A DNA stretch of 61,956 nt, the filler included, from Platydemus manokwari (taxonomy: Eukaryota): assembly GCA_037951405.1 (NCBI GenBank). It is 6 parts of 6 records of this genome, joined end to end, with 100 filler letters (N's around TTAATTAATTAA, not from the genome) between each part and the next. Parts side by side here need not be neighbours in the genome. Positions count along the whole stretch, not along the records: positions 9,656 to 20,167 come from JBBMOY011127885.1; positions 20,268 to 30,783 come from JBBMOY011127552.1; 4 more parts are not named here. The stretch is one strand, 5' to 3'. The notes below the pieces were generated by a model that ran no database searches, was not told the DNA's origin, and worked only from the letters and a program-made list of their open reading frames with translations. Shown here one piece after another: positions 14,712 through 27,600 of this stretch (position 1 is its first letter; every line of letters begins with the position of its first letter). The position numbers and the translations under genes were made by a program.

Positions 14712-15999
14712 ATTTTTTAATAAAACCCAGTTATGTATGGACTACTTGTATTTTTTCTTGAAAAACTTATTTCGAAGCTTCAGCACAAAATACATTATAA
14801 AGTTTTTAAAATAATGAAAGTATATCAGAATTATTTGAAATGTGAAGGAAATGGATCACCTTGAATTTTAAAAGCTTATCTTTAAACATAAAAATAAGTA
14901 ATTTTGCACACTGACACGAAAATAAATCAGAAACAAATGGGTTTGAAAATATTCAAGACAAAATATGTGCAAACCTAAATTATTCAACAATTCCACAATC
15001 CAATGACATTACTCTAAAATGCAGAACACTAATATAAGCACCTGTAGTGTTGAATTTCACAAATATAAGTATAAATATGGGTCATATAGGCTAAATACAC
15101 CTTAAAAATTACTGATCGTGGATTTGTTGTACATCAAATATCAGTTACCAGAATTGTTATTTTTGAAAATAAAGGTAGTTGTCAAACCTATCCGAAAGAT
15201 TAAAACAACACTTGCATTTCAACATTGTCTTATTCATAGATCGACTGAGATCATATCTGAGATATTTGATTAAATATTTAGAATTAGTTTCTCGAATAAA
15301 ATCTAATAACAATATGCTGCTTTATTATTATAACCGACATTACAGAGTATTGCCTGAGCAGTAATTTCACACTCATTCTCTTATTATAACGTTAATACTA
15401 TATGAGGACATTAGCCCTAATCATTCTCGGATCATATTTTCAAATCAATTCAATTTCATAAATCAATTGATTGGTATCATTACAACTTATTTTGTTCTTT
15501 TACGAATTATATAAATCTCAGAGAGCGAATTCGTTATAATTTAATTTTATTAATTAAATTTCCATATTCAAGGGAATTTTTTAAAACTAAAAAATCATTT
15601 CTTTAGTTTGGTATCGAAGTACAGGGCCACTCAGTTATCTCCGTCAACTATTATTAAATCTTCACGTCACAACACTTGGCTGCTTTTAAACTCTAACAAT
15701 ACACATTTGTTAATTTGAATTATACTGAATATATTTATTTTCTCGTTCATTGTTATCAGTTATTCCTATTTCCTGGAATTATTCTGACTCAACCTGTTTA
15801 TCTGTTAGTCATCAAATCTTTTGCTGGAATCATCACTTATTCATTTCTAACTATTTCAAATCAATAATGATTTATCTTATCTTATAATTCTATATCTTGT
15901 AGTTCTATCTATTCTTTAAGTCTATTCATTATAGATAATGTAATTGTGATTGCTCACTTGTATGCAATGATGCCCAAAAAGTCAAAGAAAATTGAATGG

Positions 16000-17100
16000 A
16001 CCTTACAAATCGATACAGTGCTATTGGAGCTATTCTGAGTCTAATGGAATTGAAAGAGAATAGTTTTTTATGTTTCTAGAACTCTTAATAGTCACGAAAA
16101 AAGGTATTGCGTGAGAAAGGAACTTTTACCGGTCCATGGAGTTACAATTTATTTTAATTTTTTGTAACTCGCACAGACTACAAAGCATGAGAGAAATCCT
16201 TAAACGGAGTAGTCCTCAGTTTTTAACATTGTTTGTAAACTTATCAGGATTCTATTTCAACTTCTAATGTCGTAAGGGAACTAATCATTGAAGAGCCTAT
16301 GAACTCTCAACCTGTGAAGCTCTATGTTTGCAATATTTAATACAGCACCAAACAGCAAAGGAAATCAATCCAAAAACTCGCTTTAAAAATGTTGCTGTAA
16401 ACTCAATTGCCAGCAAATATGAATTATGAAATATTTAGCAGTCTGATACCGCCATTAGTTCTCTTAATTATTTGTTAGAAATTTGAAAACTGGAGTCAGT
16501 TCACTTGCCAAGAACATTAAATGCTTTCCTAACTTGAAGAAGGACAAGTAATTTGAAGAAGTCTTTGTGTAAGATAAGAATGGAACGATAAGAATTAATA
16601 TATCATAATCAGATTTGCAGGAATTAACTACAAACCTCCATGAGGAGTTATGTCATATTGGACGTAAGAAATGCGTTGATTAAAAATGCCTACATTCTTA
16701 TTATGGGAAGTTCAGAGATGCGATATTTGTATAAAGCGGAAGATAGTCAAATAAAGGAAATTATGATTCCACGAGAAGAATTCGGATATTTCGAGCAAAT
16801 CGCTGTTGATGGTGATCATTTTCACGTTTTTATTATATATTGATTATTACCAATGGATTCAGTAGACTTACGTACTTGCCAGATAAGATGAGACCAGCAT
16901 ATCTAATTCATTTATCAATAATCAGATATATGGATACAGTACACAAAACTTGATACTCACTAATCTTGGTGAAAATTATGAATGTGAAAAATGATAATTG
17001 CCTATACGTTCTAGAACAAAACAAGACAATATTACATCTTATAAACACCAGGTAAATGGTCTAACCGAAAGAATAATCAGAACAATTCGAGATTTGGTTG
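16000..17100 (+). mobile_element. decayed Ty3/Gypsy pol remnant (RNase H and integrase)
   Basis: AIGAILS, FYVSRTLNSHEKRYCVRKELL and FVTRTDYKA (RNase H). FEQIAVD and TSYKHQVNGLTERIIRTIRDLV (integrase core, compare YHPQxNGxxER). RH-before-IN order indicates Gypsy. Confidence 0.75.
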
Positions 17101-19129
17101 TGACAACTCTGACATAAGAAAAACATTCTTGGAATAAATCCATATCCTGAAAAGAAACTATCGTCAATGCAGAGTATCAGAGTTCAATTCGAATACGAAT
17201 TCATAAGCATTTATATAAAAATAAACCAAGTCATCATGACCAGATCACACACATATATATAGATCGACTTCTTTACATAAATTCAAAAGCAGATTCATTT
17301 TCCGACATTGTCAGCAAGATAACATTCAATTTGTAAGATAATTAACACAGATTCAATTCCAAAGCAAATTCATTATCAAGCACAGTCAGAGCATTGGTTC
17401 AAAAATTAATGTAAATGTAAGGTTTGATAAGACATCGCTAGTGCTTTCTCACTTTGGAGATCTGTGAGAGAAGCGTGTTTTAGGTGGGAAATTATGGTTG
17501 TTGTATTAGTGAGCTTTAGAATTTCAATCACGAATATATTTATTAATAGCAACAATAAACAAATAAATCGATATCGTTCCTGATATCAACTCTACAGAAA
17601 TTCTCATTGGCTTTTTAATCAAATCGTATTTATAATCAGAATGCCAAGTATGTTTGATTCTCATGTTATTTATATTTCTGGAATCTTAATTGGGGTTATT
17701 GAATTTTGCTAATGGGAATTGATCAATACACACGCTTGTGTGATCTCGTGATCATGGGTTTCAATGTATTAAAATTCCTATTACTATTAGATCCATAAAT
17801 GTGTTTGTGCCATTTTGTAAACATTAATAGATATCCACTAACTCCGAATTTTCAAAATTATTATTAAAATCAGAGTTTCTTTAAAATAAAATAAATAACG
17901 TTCGCATTCTGAAGTACATTCAACCAGTAAATTCAGCTAACAATTCACAAGGGAATCAGCACCGGAAATATAAAACAGTCATAGAAAAAATTACCATAAA
18001 AGATTAGTCATCAGAATGATAATTAATACTAAAGATATAAAGTTACAGACCATGAAACACCAGCAGTTGCTCACGAGATTCAACTCCTTTTACCATGCGT
18101 GTTTACCTACCGCCTTTTCCTTTTTTAATTTTTTTAAGCAGTCTATCTGTTAGTTTTTGGTAAATTGTCTTCTAACTCGCGTGCCATGTACTTATCGTGG
18201 CATTATCATATTTGTGACCTGTTGTCGATGTACGCTAAATGATGATCGAATTTTATTTATGTAATGATATTTTAGAGACATCTGATTAGCCACTGACACT
18301 TTTCATTCATCGAATCTGTGTGTATCGACTCCGAGTTCTCCGTAAGTATCTTACCTGCTTTTGTTACACACTCAACATCATGAATAACAAAAATAAGAGT
18401 TTTAGGTTGCCAAAGGTCGACGTGTTTTTTATATTTAATTAATCGAGATGCTTGTATGATATTTATTTCATAAATAAATTAGAAATATAGGACTTGTAGA
18501 ACTTAGACACATATCATTATAGGCAATATCAAGCCTCAATGCAAGGTGCCGATTGATAAGGAAATTTCATACTAGCATATCTAACTAACGAAACCTACAA
18601 AGTACAAAAAGTGGATTGTTTTGTGTAACATTAATAAAATATAAATGACTCTAGGTATCATGTTTCATTGTATTTAACAAACAAGAACTTATAAAGTATT
18701 CTGTATAATTTGTCATAATAAACCTGGCTCTGGCTTGATTGAAATATTTACTATAATGTAGTTTTAGATTAGTCATATCTCTACGATGATGATAATGGTG
18801 ATGATTCAGAAATACCTGACCAATACGTTGAAATATAGATCCGTTTTCAACCGTATGATTAAATGGTCTATTTATAAATAAAATACTCAAGAATCTAGAA
18901 TTTTATTTACGTTTTCTACTGTTTTAATCATCAAAAATGATTCAGCACTATCAATGAACTTCCTATTACTTAATTAAAAATTATTAAAGACAAAATATTT
19001 TATAAACTAGTAATCCATAATTCTAAGTCATTAAACAGTGATATGCTGATTTGAATGACAAATCCCCTTTACATTGGGTGTTCACTAGGAAGTGAAAACT
19101 AATAAAACGAATGTGAATGAAATAGTTGT

Positions 19130-19370
19130 CATTCACATTTATGAGTGAGTAAATTATGAAAAGATGGATTTTCGGTTCTTACTGAAATGGATGAGTAGAA
19201 AGAGCTACAAAATCGAGTCTACTACTGGAAGATTATCTTTTAGAATTGGAAGCAGTTCAATTATCAAGCCCCAGTTACAATTATAATGATGAGTTTTCAT
19301 TTGGGTTACCGGACAAATCGACTGATGTAGCTGTCGTGTCTCGGCATTTGAAATTATGTTTGTCGATAAT
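19130..19370 (+). mobile_element. hAT (Buster/SPIN-like) transposase relic
   Basis: LEAVQLSS followed by FSFGLPDKSTDVAVVS (compare L..IPLS and FSLQLDESTDVA). Confidence 0.4.
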
Positions 19371-19480
19371 AATAAAGTTTATAATATCGTAAAGTTTCAG
19401 TTTATAAATTAAATAGATTAATATACGACTCAAGAAATTTTTTAGTTTTAGATTTAATAATTTTTCATTTATTCAATATC

Positions 19481-20065
19481 ATGCTATCGAAGATGTTGTG
19501 GTTTGTTGGTGGATCCATTATTTATCCATTGTTTAATATAAATCTTTACCGTTTTGTATCCCGGATCAATTATACCCGATTAGATCATTGACATTATAAA
19601 TATTTCGTTTGACTAATAAAATTATTAAAGTTCAACAGCGTTTTTTTCCATTCACAAGTTTATTCATCCGATTTTACTATTTTTATCAGAATACAATCAA
19701 ACTAATTGGCGTGTGATACTTGACACTTGTCTGACTATTATACCTTGGACCATGTTTTACTCGCACTCTCTCTAAAATCGAACCAAATCCAAATAAAAAA
19801 TAAGAATTCAGTCCGGCGAGAACAAACAAAATCTTTGTTGACGATTTTATCCATAGAGATTTATTTGATATTTCCGCTATTGAGATATCTTGAAAGATTC
19901 TAGTATTGACAGACATTATTGAGGATAGAAAAAAATCCACATACAACAACTGAGGTATTAATATGATAAATATGAAAGCCAACCATCTGAAAATTGTATC
20001 ATTGATCTTCGGCATATTTGGAAATATTATTAATATTTCCTGATATATTGATTGTATTTTTTAAT
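19481..20065 (+). pseudogene. possible decayed rhodopsin-like GPCR (TM3-TM7)
   Basis: Frame-hopping peptides in GPCR order: INLYRFV..LYPIRS (TM3/ICL2), VILDTCLTIIP (TM5), SVRREQTKSLLTILSIEIYLIFP (TM6), SLIFGIFGNIINIS*YI (TM7-like). Stops and frameshifts are present. Confidence 0.35.
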
Positions 20066-20099
20066 ATATTTTCTATATTAATGATTGTAAAAATAAATA

Positions 20100-20130
20100 C
20101 AGTCCGGCTAAAATTTTTAGACGCACCTTA
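20100..20130 (+). mobile_element. Tc1-type terminal inverted repeat truncated by scaffold end
   Basis: TA|CAGTCCGGCTAAAATTTTTAGACGCACC has the TA-CAGT start typical of Tc1 TIRs. The partner end is not in the window. Confidence 0.45.
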
Positions 20131-20167
20131 AAAATCATTTAAAATTGCCAAAAACATTAATTTTTAT

Positions 20168-20267
20168 NNNNNNNNNNNNNNNNNNNNNNNNNNNNNNNNN
20201 NNNNNNNNNNNTTAATTAATTAANNNNNNNNNNNNNNNNNNNNNNNNNNNNNNNNNNNNNNNNNNNN
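20168..20267. other. artificial scaffold join
   Basis: 44N-TTAATTAATTAA-44N. Confidence 0.98.
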
Positions 20268-20427
20268 TAGTTAAAAAATTAACTTGAAAAATAATTAATT
20301 TTATGAATTAAATTTTAATATTTGAGCCAATTCAGTGGGTAAATGCACACTCTTAAGATTAGTATTGAAAATGTAAATATAATTTATATATAATATATTT
20401 TATAAATATTAATTAAAGGTTTGACAG

Positions 20428-20613
20428 GTTAGTCTTGATTCTCGAGTTAGAGAAATTATCAATGACAACATGGTAGAACCAACAGCTTTCACCTTTGATG
20501 AAGCTCAACTCCAAATTTATACATTAATGCATCGTGATTCTTATCCAAGATTTCTTAATTCAAAATTATATAAAGATTTATTGTCGAAATTAAGATCTGG
20601 ATCGCAAATTTGA
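20428..20613 (+). CDS. terminal exon of a regulator of G-protein signalling, RZ subfamily (RGS17/19/20-like), 5' part off-scaffold
   Basis: After acceptor TTGACAG: VSLDSRVREIINDNMVEPTAFTFDEAQLQIYTLMHRDSYPRFLNSKLYKDLLSKLRSGSQI*. VSLDSRVRE and AQLQIYTLMHRDS are RZ-family signatures. Confidence 0.93.
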   Translation, partial: VSLDSRVREIINDNMVEPTAFTFDEAQLQIYTLMHRDSYPRFLNSKLYKDLLSKLRSGSQI

Positions 20614-21626
20614 TTAACAATAAATTTGTTTTTAAAATACATGGGAATTTGTTTATATTATTTTTATTCGATATTGTTTGTCTTAATAAATGAAAATAAA
20701 TGACTTGATTGTAAAATTAATTTATTTTTGGCTTAAGTTAAGAAAAGGTATCCTTTAATCTATTGTTATAATGGATTTTCACCCATGAGATAATTTTATA
20801 ACTTAATTTTATATATAACTGTCAAGTTTGATTTTTTCGTATAATACCGTTAATATCACAATTTGAGAGGGATAAAGCATAATTTTAAAACCAAGTTCCT
20901 ATTTTAATTCCAACAAATCTTTATGATTATTTGAGTTTTTAAATTTAATTTTTTAAAATTATAAATCGAATTAGGTAACTACAAACATATTTAATAATAT
21001 CATTGCTTAGTTTTATAAAATAATTGTAAAAATTGAGAGTATGTCTCCTCACTAATTTTCAATAAATTGTAATTCGACCTACTTTGATCCATTTTTAAAA
21101 TAAACAAATTTTAGGATGTTATGAAGCTGTAGTGTATTTAATAATTTATTTCAAACAACTAAAATTCTTCTTTAGTACATAAATAGGAAATTCAAAATGT
21201 TTTTGAAGAATATAATAAAATAAACTATATAGACTTCCAATACACTCAACAAATTAAAATTTTTTTAGGACCCATTTACTTAACTTTTTATTATATTTAC
21301 CTTAAAATTGTCGTTATAAGACTTTCCACGTTTAATCACATTAAGTTCCTGAAAAAATTGTCTAACTTGGCTGTTTATCAGTCCGGTTCATTAGCATATT
21401 ATTCTTCATTATGTTCTACACATTGGTCGAATTTAGATTGTTCATAATTAAATTGAACTTGATTTATTTTCTAGTCGACTTTTTCTTTTGAGGCTATAAA
21501 TTTGCGTTCTAAGCTCACTCAGGGGCACACCCCTATTCAATTATTTTCACCAGACAGAATTCTTTTCGAAACTTTTCACTGGACATTTTTTCATACCTTG
21601 ATAGGATTTTCTAATCATAATTTCAG

Positions 21627-24600
21627 GCATTTACAGTTAACAAAACCAATCTCAAGTTTATTGAATTTGTGGATAAAAACCTAATGACATGTGCTCGATA
21701 TATGGATGAACCAATGACAACGTACATTGACAAGAATAATAATCTCTATGTGGCCACTGGTTGGGGTTTATATCGACCTGATAAAAAAGATCCAGACGTT
21801 CCAGAAAACAATTCTACAATGATCTATGCTGACTGGAGATTGTACAGAAATTTATTTACCCTTCCAGCTGCAATGGCGTGGGTGCTTTCAAGTATGTTAG
21901 TGATATCAGATTTTGAATTTTGTCATTTGTTGAATATCAGAAATCATATGATTTTACCAATGAAAAATAATCATCGATTTAGGTGATGTCAATTTTATCA
22001 ATGTTGTCAAAGAAACCGATGATCATTTATATTTTTTCGGCCATGAAATTAATAATCAATACGGATTAAATAATCAGGAAGACAGACATGCTTGGCAAGT
22101 ACATGCGGATTTTTCAATAATAATTATATTTTATTTTGGTATTCAATTTTAGAGTTTTCTTCTGAGAATTTGCAAAAATGATTTGGGCTTCAAATATGTT
22201 CCTACAGATTTTACTTTCACATTGAAATCGATGACCGATATCAGATATTACACAAGTCGAATAGGTATGAGAAATGATTTTTTACTGACTTCTTTTAATC
22301 TATGGGAATATTTTCTTATTAGTATTTTTATTGAGAGAATCTCTTATTCAGATGGATATGATTATAAATTATCTCCCATTCATGAGGATGTTGGTTTCAA
22401 CGAAACTTGGTATCACAGAACAGCTCATTTACCAACAAAACATTTTGTCAATTCCCAAAAGATAAATTTCGGTTGTTACATAGGCAAAAGGCCTCGGGCA
22501 ATCAGTGACAATCATTTCTGGGGAGATACAAATGTGATTTATATAAATAAATTAGGTTAATCTATTTATTGGATATAAATTATTCCTATTTGAAAAAATT
22601 TTAGACGAAAACATTTCTTGATAAAAGTAAGAGTACTTGACGAATTGATAGGTCTTATTAATAGAATATCTTTTACAATATCAGTGACGAATCACACATT
22701 TTTAATATTTTTGTTTTTTTCCAATTCTAATATTGTAGAAATTTAAAATGAATGACAAAAATCACTAATAATCGACATTTCACTTTAATGGGTTGAGTTC
22801 ATACATGTGTAAATATTTTACGGAGTATAAAAATTAATTTTGAAAAATTATTAAAAAATTTATAAATAAATATTCATAAAATAATTCTAAAATAAAATTA
22901 AAATTAAGTTATTAAAATATAAAAATAAACTGAACATTTTGTTTAAATGAATATATCTAATACAAGGAGACTATTTTGGCAACAAATATCACTCTTTTAT
23001 CGTTGGCAATTTCTGTCTTTTGAAATTTTTATTTTCCGAAATAAAGCGATTTTACGATTTCTGAGTGTATTGCATTGATAATCTTATTGAGACTGTTTGA
23101 ACTGTTATTTCACAATAATAATTTTAGTTATTCAACCTTAGTAATTATTCTGAAGGTTATAAGGATATAAAAGTAAATTATATTTAAAAGATTTTCAAAT
23201 CAGATTTGTATAAGATATTAATTTTTTTGAATAATTGTAGTTAAATTTATAATTTGGTGCCGTGATTTTTTAGTTTGTTTTTAAATGCTGAAACGAAATG
23301 TGAAAAGAAATGGTAAACTGTGAGATATTGGGATGAAAAAGAATTAAATACAATGTTCACATAAAGAAGCTGAAAGCCAACAAAATCTATCAAGTACAAT
23401 TAACATTGGAAAAATAGCTATGAGATTGTAGTACTAACACGAAATATAAATTGAAGAGGCTACGTACGAAGGGAGTACCAATGAATATCAACCGGAATGG
23501 AATGCACATGGGTGTATATACATAAGTAATCAAAATAAAAACTAATGGAATACAAGGACAATAGTTAATGCTTATAGTACAGTCAGTTGCGTAAAAATAT
23601 TAATCTGTGTTGTGCCAAACCCAGGACATTATTAATCTCAATGACCAATTCAATTCAAAGTAGTTAAGTTCGAGAAATGTAATCAAATGTGATTAGATTA
23701 CTTTCGAAATTTTTTTCGATTTTTTGACCATATTATTATGATTAATTCTTTGATTTCATGATTTTGATTTTCATAATGTGACTCAAATTATTTAGTTTAA
23801 CGATTGATATTTAATTGAATTTGATTTGGTTTGAAAATTGGTTTAATTTGATTTTTGGAAATTGAAAGTTATTAATAGAAAAAAAAGAAAGAGGTTTGAA
23901 TTAAAATAATGAAGAATAAAATAATAATTAAAAAGAAAAAAGTTAATTAATTCATATTGATTATGATAAGAAAAATGCTAAAAAATGAGAATGATAAGTT
24001 TAGTTAATTACCATAAAATAAGAATCATGTCAGAGTTGTCCAGTCCATATACGGTAAAAGAATTATATATAGCCGTAGATTAGATGATGGAACACCAACA
24101 AAAAATTACAAAAATTGGTCATAATCTGAAAAATTAACTACAGGTTATTGGACTCATAACAAGTGAAATGCTCGGAGTCAGAGATCTCAATCGAACACTA
24201 ACCGTAGAACAAGTAATAAATGACAAGCAGAGATTCACAAAGGGAACAAGGAAAATGATTATTTTCTAAAAGAAAATAGGAAAGCAATATTGAGAAGAGG
24301 CATTACGGATCCATTGGGATCTGAAAAATCGATACGTTGCGGCAGCTTAGGTAAAGGAATGGGCAAAACCAGTGCCATTTTAAACCACGCACAATGATAT
24401 GAAAACTAATTCTAGTGGATGAAATTCAAAGTGATTAAAAGACAATGGTATCCAAGCAAACATATTATTACACGATCCGTCAACGCTTAGTTTAAGAATA
24501 CCAGCCACCAATAAAATTCAGACATGGAAAAAAAGTTAAAAGGAATGTAAAATAAGTATATTATACTGATGTCATGAACCAAATAATAGTAATCAGATGG

Positions 24601-27600
24601 TATAAAAGTTAATCAAATAAATTTATCGAAAAAGTTGAGGAAATTCAATATTGAGAAATGATGAAAAATTGAAACATCAAGCATGCTAAAATTTTTAAAA
24701 AGGTGAACACAGATCAATGCATCCACTTGGTAATTATTCAATGTGATAAGAGTTACAAACTATAGAAGAAGCACTTAACATATTTATCATAAGAAGAAGG
24801 CTTATTTTAGAGAAGGCAAAATAGTTTTCGTTCAAGAAGACTTTTGAAGAATTCTGTTTTTCCAAACACAAAATTGTTTGCGATAGCTCATTATTTTTGA
24901 AATCGAATTGCAGTTGAACACGAGTTGCTTTTTCCTTGGGATCGAGTTTAAATTTTCCTCGACGCACTATGAAGTTAAAATTATAATTTGAATAAAATTT
25001 GATTGGATTTTATATCAGTTACAAAAATGAATCGTCATTCTTCCATTGGGAATTTCTTCAACATTCTTCCTGTGGGTATTTTGTGGTTATTTGCTCGGGT
25101 CACACATTTTAGCAAAACCTTTTCAATTTAATCTTTCTTTAGATTTTATTAATCAAATATATTCTTTTGATATTTGAACAGTTATAGAAATAGATTCCTC
25201 CAACAACCATAATTAATAATTTATTTTAGCTTAGCAAAGTTTGCTTATCCTTGCTGTAACGAGAACTGAAACCGCATAGTACCAATCTTTTCAAATAACT
25301 AGATAGTTCAGATTATAATCTCTGTAACGTCTTCACGTGTGTTACTAAAACATAATATATAAACATCTCAAACAAGACATACATTAATAATATTATTAAG
25401 AAATGACTTATTTATTTTTAACAAACCAGATTAAAATATTAAATAATCCAGCTAGGCTATTGTGTCATTCATTATATCAATGTTAGTTATTAGATTATGA
25501 GAATCTATTAATATTGATAAATAGATAATAAATATTTATTTATATTACATCTATACTCCATTATTTACTAAAATTTATTTCAGCTGATATCATATTTGAT
25601 CCAAATAGGAAAATTAAATTCAAAACAAAAAATAACAACAGATATTTTGGATGTGCTAACGAATTTCACTCACAGATCCCACTAATCGGGCTTTTCAATA
25701 ACCCAGGAATTCAAGGATCACTAATCGAGCCGACAGGAGCTCTCTGTCATTTACAGTTAGTATGGAAAACCATAAAATATTAAATCAGGTTTTGTATGTA
25801 GAATCAATCGGAATATTTTCCAAGAAGAAGGATCTTTAAAAAAGCCGTACAATGTTCATAACATATTAGATGTTCAGAATGCTTATCAAGAACTAATGGC
25901 TTTGAGTGTGACAAGTTATACCAATTTCTACAGTCGATCAATGCACAGAAGTAATGGATTCTCTTTGTATCCATTTTCAAATCAAGGTGTTCTTATGGGG
26001 AACAAAATGGACAGTTCTTATTATATGGAAAATTTCAATTATATTGGGAAATGTTTTAATGAATCATTCTATCGAAACATGGACAGCACTAAATTTTTGG
26101 ATATTCAAAATATCTCAAATACCGCCTGGCCAAGCGAATTACCGAATAAATTATCTTCCATTCCATCATCGATTTGTCAGTATTCTACTGTAGAAGTAAG
26201 AATGTTTATGATTGATGTGCAATATCAAAATTCTTAGCCGATGTTTTCTTGTTAATCGTTTAGCTATACAGTTTCAATGCCACATTTGTAGTTCCAGGAG
26301 TTGAATTCAAAAGGATATTTCTGATCGATGAAAATTACACAAAATATTACATGTGGGTTTTATTATTTATAAAATCGACTTCAAAGTTTGATCACTAAAA
26401 ATAGTTGTGAGAGAAATTTTAATAAAGGTTTATGTCAAAATATTAAAACAGCATAAAACTTGTTTCTAATGTTGGAATCAAACTTGTGTGTTGCCATTGT
26501 CTTTGGTTATAATTAAAAATAAATTAAATTCCAAAGACAGAAATTCAAATTTAATGTGACAAAAATATTGATGGTTTTTTATATGAAAAAACAAATAAAA
26601 AAGTCAATGAATAAATATTTATTATAATAATCTAATAAACAATCTCAATGTAATGCCATAAAGTTATTTGGACCAAAATGACACTGACGGTTACTCTTGC
26701 CACTTTGCTGTGTTCTTTGAAAAATTGAGTAAAAACTCCGGTGATAATTTGGAAAGGAAGATCTGTAAATATTCCTGATTACGAGAAATGGGTATATACG
26801 CAATTAAATTAACTTGGAATCATAAAATATCGATGGAAGTCTAAATAAGATTGATTTCTTGAAAGAAGGAATTCAACTGAAAATCATTTATTTATTGGGA
26901 GTAATATTTGCCATACAAGATTGTCTTATTTCCGGAAACGAAATTTCCTGCTAAAATTCTCAATGACAAAAACATCAATGCGATAAATTTGCTTATTAAT
27001 TGAGTATTTATAACTCATTTCTACCAATTAATTCACATTACTGCTGGACGTGAATAAAAATTATCCACGTGTTACAAGTATATCCTAACTTAGATTATTT
27101 GGAATTATGCAGTGGTGACTACTTGTAATTACATTTTTAATTACGAGAATGCGATTTCATTTAGCAATAATTCGTCTTATGTTTTCTGCAATGAGTTGTC
27201 TATATCGATTTAATACATTGAAATTTAACATAAAACTTTATTGAATTTTCGATATTTATCTCGAATTTCATTGGATAAATTGTAAAAATATCGATAAAAT
27301 TTCATTTATTTCAAAATATCGATTCGATCAAGATAACTTCTTTTGTACTTTCTATTTGTGTCATATTTTATGACTGCAAGTATTTTGTGATAGTTTGCTG
27401 ATTGAACCATCGAAAAACGTAATTCATAAGATTTTTAATAAAATCACGAATCTGCTTTTTAATAATTCCCTCATTGGTCGATTCATATACAAGGTCATTT
27501 GACACACATTCTTTATCGCTTATACACATGGTGGTTTTCATTTGTTGTAAATGTATGTATGTCGTTAACAATGACAAAACAAGTTTTTGATGTCATGGAA

